Below the pieces are notes generated by a model, which saw only the letters and a program-made list of their open reading frames with translations, was not told the DNA's origin and searched no databases. From the human T2T-CHM13v2.0 reference genome, Homo sapiens, in the NCBI RefSeq assembly GCF_009914755.1, contig NC_060930.1: a DNA stretch of 64,000 nucleotides. The stretch is one strand, 5' to 3'. Made by a program: the position numbers and the translations under genes. This document shows, one piece after another, positions 61,712 to 64,000 of the stretch. Position 1 is the first letter of the stretch. Each line of letters opens with the position of its first letter.

Positions 61712-62530
61712 AATCATGGTCTTTGTCTTCCCATGGTTTTCACTGAGTCAATAAAGGACACAGTCAAGTATCCTTCAGGTGATCACAACACACTGGTGAG
61801 AGCCATAAGTGAGTCCAAAGTGCAGAAATGTATCCCAGAAAAGTGGTGTCTAAGCTGAGATGTGCAGGTGAGTAGGAGTTAGCCAAGCAAATATTCTGCC
61901 TGTGAAAGGTTTCAGGCAAAAGGATCAGTCTTTAGGAAGGTTCTGAGGTAGAAAATGGTTTGGCAATTTTGTTAGATTGCTGCAAAATTGAACAATTTAC
62001 ATAAGGGTGAGGGGAGGGTACCTCAGGAGGCTCGGCTGCATACCAGTCCCTGATTCCTTCTGTTTCTGCCTTATTCTCCCAGCCCTCTCCTTCTTTGACT
62101 TAAGCCAGGCTGAGTGCCTTTTAATGATTTATAAGTAGAAACAATCCTAATCAATAAAAGTTACCACTTAGTAAATAATGCAGTGAGCATAAGTGGTGGA
62201 GATTCTGCTCTTTTGGAGAGAGGAGTGGTCAGATTATAGAGTTAATTTACAATGAGAAAAATCTCCCATTGTTAAAGTTTTCTTTGAACAATCTCTTGGA
62301 TGATCTGCCAAGGCATCCACTGAGAGGCATTCAGGAGGGAGACAGCCTGGAGAAGAGAGGCCTAGCTCCCTGTCCTGCTCACCCCAGGGCGCAGATTGTG
62401 GTTGGAATGTCAGGGGACTGACAGTTTACATTTGTGCTTCTTCCATTAGCCAATGGTATATTGCTGAATTTGTGTCGAATGTATTTATGTAAGTTGAATG
62501 GGAATTCATTGATAGTGAATAGATGGAGAC

Positions 62531-62924
62531 TGTTGTGGTTAGAGACAGAGTGGACACACACACACACACACAAATTTGGTTTGGATGGCAAGACTGCTGA
62601 TGCCACACATGTACCAGAGGGAATGAAAAGGTTATGACTTACAGAATGAGGCTTTCTGGGGAGAGTGGGTAGGCTCCCAAGCAGGTCCACAAATGGCTTG
62701 AGAGAGCAGTGAAAGCAAATGACTTGGCTTTTCTTGTGGTTAGGGGATGGGGTTGGCATAACGGATCTTGGGTGCAGCTGAAGCTTGTGTGATTTGAACC
62801 AAAAGAGAGATCACCCAGGCTTTCTTACCAGCTTGTCCAGATATGGGGCAAGAGGGGAAGGGGGAAGACTGGGGATTGAAAGTTGTTTGCAAACATCAAA
62901 AATGGAGTCAGACTCTTTATTACA
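62531..62924 (-). mobile_element. Old ERV1 solo LTR (MER89/MER90-like)
   Basis: Reverse complement begins tgtaataaagagtctgactccatttttgatgtttg. Confidence 0.6.
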
Positions 62925-63029
62925 AAGAGATTTTCTGATATTTTATTTTTCTGCTTCTGATTGATGATATTTTCAAGGATCCTGTACATTAGTGTGCAAC
63001 TTTGCACTAATGTATACATTAGATCTATC

Positions 63030-63570
63030 AAACACGGTCTGGCAGGAAAGAGTTAGCATACGAAAATGGGGTAGTTTGAAGAGAGTTTAACAAAGGGGCA
63101 ATTAGCAAAAGTGTGGGTAAAGTATCAGAAAACAACAAGGGATACTGCAATGTCCAAGGATGAATAATAACATCTGGGGCTCCATTAAATACTCACTTTT
63201 GATGGAGAAGGCAAAGGAGAGGTTGCCAAAACCCAGACAGTTGTCAGAACCCAGAAAAGGAGGAGGAGAAGGAGGGGAGGGGGAGGAGGGGGGAGAGAGA
63301 GAGAGAGAGATCGGTATGGAGAGGGCTACCTAACAGGGGCTGTGCCCTTAGGAAATCAGCCACCTACAAAGATCCCCTCCAGAAAGGTCACAAGGAGCCC
63401 ATAATACCCCAACTTCACTTTCTTTCCTCCCTCTGATCTGCCATTACCCCCCAGTGGCCAACTCAACCAGAAGTCAGAGGGCAAGGCTGACGGCTGAAGC
63501 AGTTTGTAAAGTCTACCTTTCAGGATACAGAGAGGTCTCGAGAGGGATTTGCAGGGGCAGGAGAAGATTT
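63030..63570. mobile_element. Old MLT1-type LTR with internal purine tract
   Basis: gaagagagtttaacaaaggg..tggccaactcaaccagaagtcagagggcaagg. Confidence 0.55.
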
Positions 63571-64000
63571 CCAGTTTAGGAAGCTTCACTGGGTTTTACC
63601 CTTTGGCGATAGGATGGAAGCCTGAGTCTACCCATAGACAATTTGGTGAAAGTAACTGTTCCCCTGTTCTCCACTCTTCTGGGAAGGTTAATAGGTCTTA
63701 GCATATAACATACAAAAGTTCTTGTATTTTAAATGGGTGGTTTTCATTACACATGGAGTGGTAATTTGGGATATGTAAAGAAATATGTTTTGTGCCTTCT
63801 TTCTCTTGCTTTCTTTTAAATAAATGTTAGAAGTTCAGAGAAAAGAAGAGCCAGGACAGGACAGCATAGAAAGTATATGGTAATGTGCACCAAAGCCTTG
63901 GGCATAGTGATAGGTCAAGTGCTTACTCATCAAGCTATCTGCAAAATCCTATCAGAAAACCTCCCATGAGAAATGTGACGAACAAGATTGACTTTGCAGG

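Overview
Primate (very probably human) intergenic DNA, AT-rich and dominated by interspersed repeats: about 24 Alu or Alu-monomer copies, one near-full-length L1PB (48079-55422), several L1PA/L1M 3' fragments, L2, MIR, ERV1/ERVL/MaLR solo LTRs, an ERVL pol remnant and DNA-transposon relics. I see no CpG island, no credible protein-coding exon, no RNA gene and no CRISPR. Nearly all ORFs in the supplied track are Alu/L1/L2/microsatellite read-throughs or chance ORFs. The only gene-derived sequence is a frameshifted processed pseudogene of BTF3L4 (minus strand, about 37915-38890). From memory this would fit BTF3L4P3 in the OLIG3-TNFAIP3 gene desert (6q23.3), but that placement is unverified. I found no evidence of a new multi-gene system. 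The most interesting items are: (1) repeat-free blocks with developmental-enhancer-like motif content, including a 36-bp motif cassette repeated without gaps at 73-bp spacing; (2) a fold-back palindrome written into an ERVL RT remnant and later split by an Alu; (3) a templated-insertion deletion scar in the L1PB; (4) a perfect 43-bp and a 66-bp tandem duplication; (5) several three-level nested insertions. Repeat subfamily names come from recalled consensus sequences and should be confirmed with RepeatMasker/Dfam.
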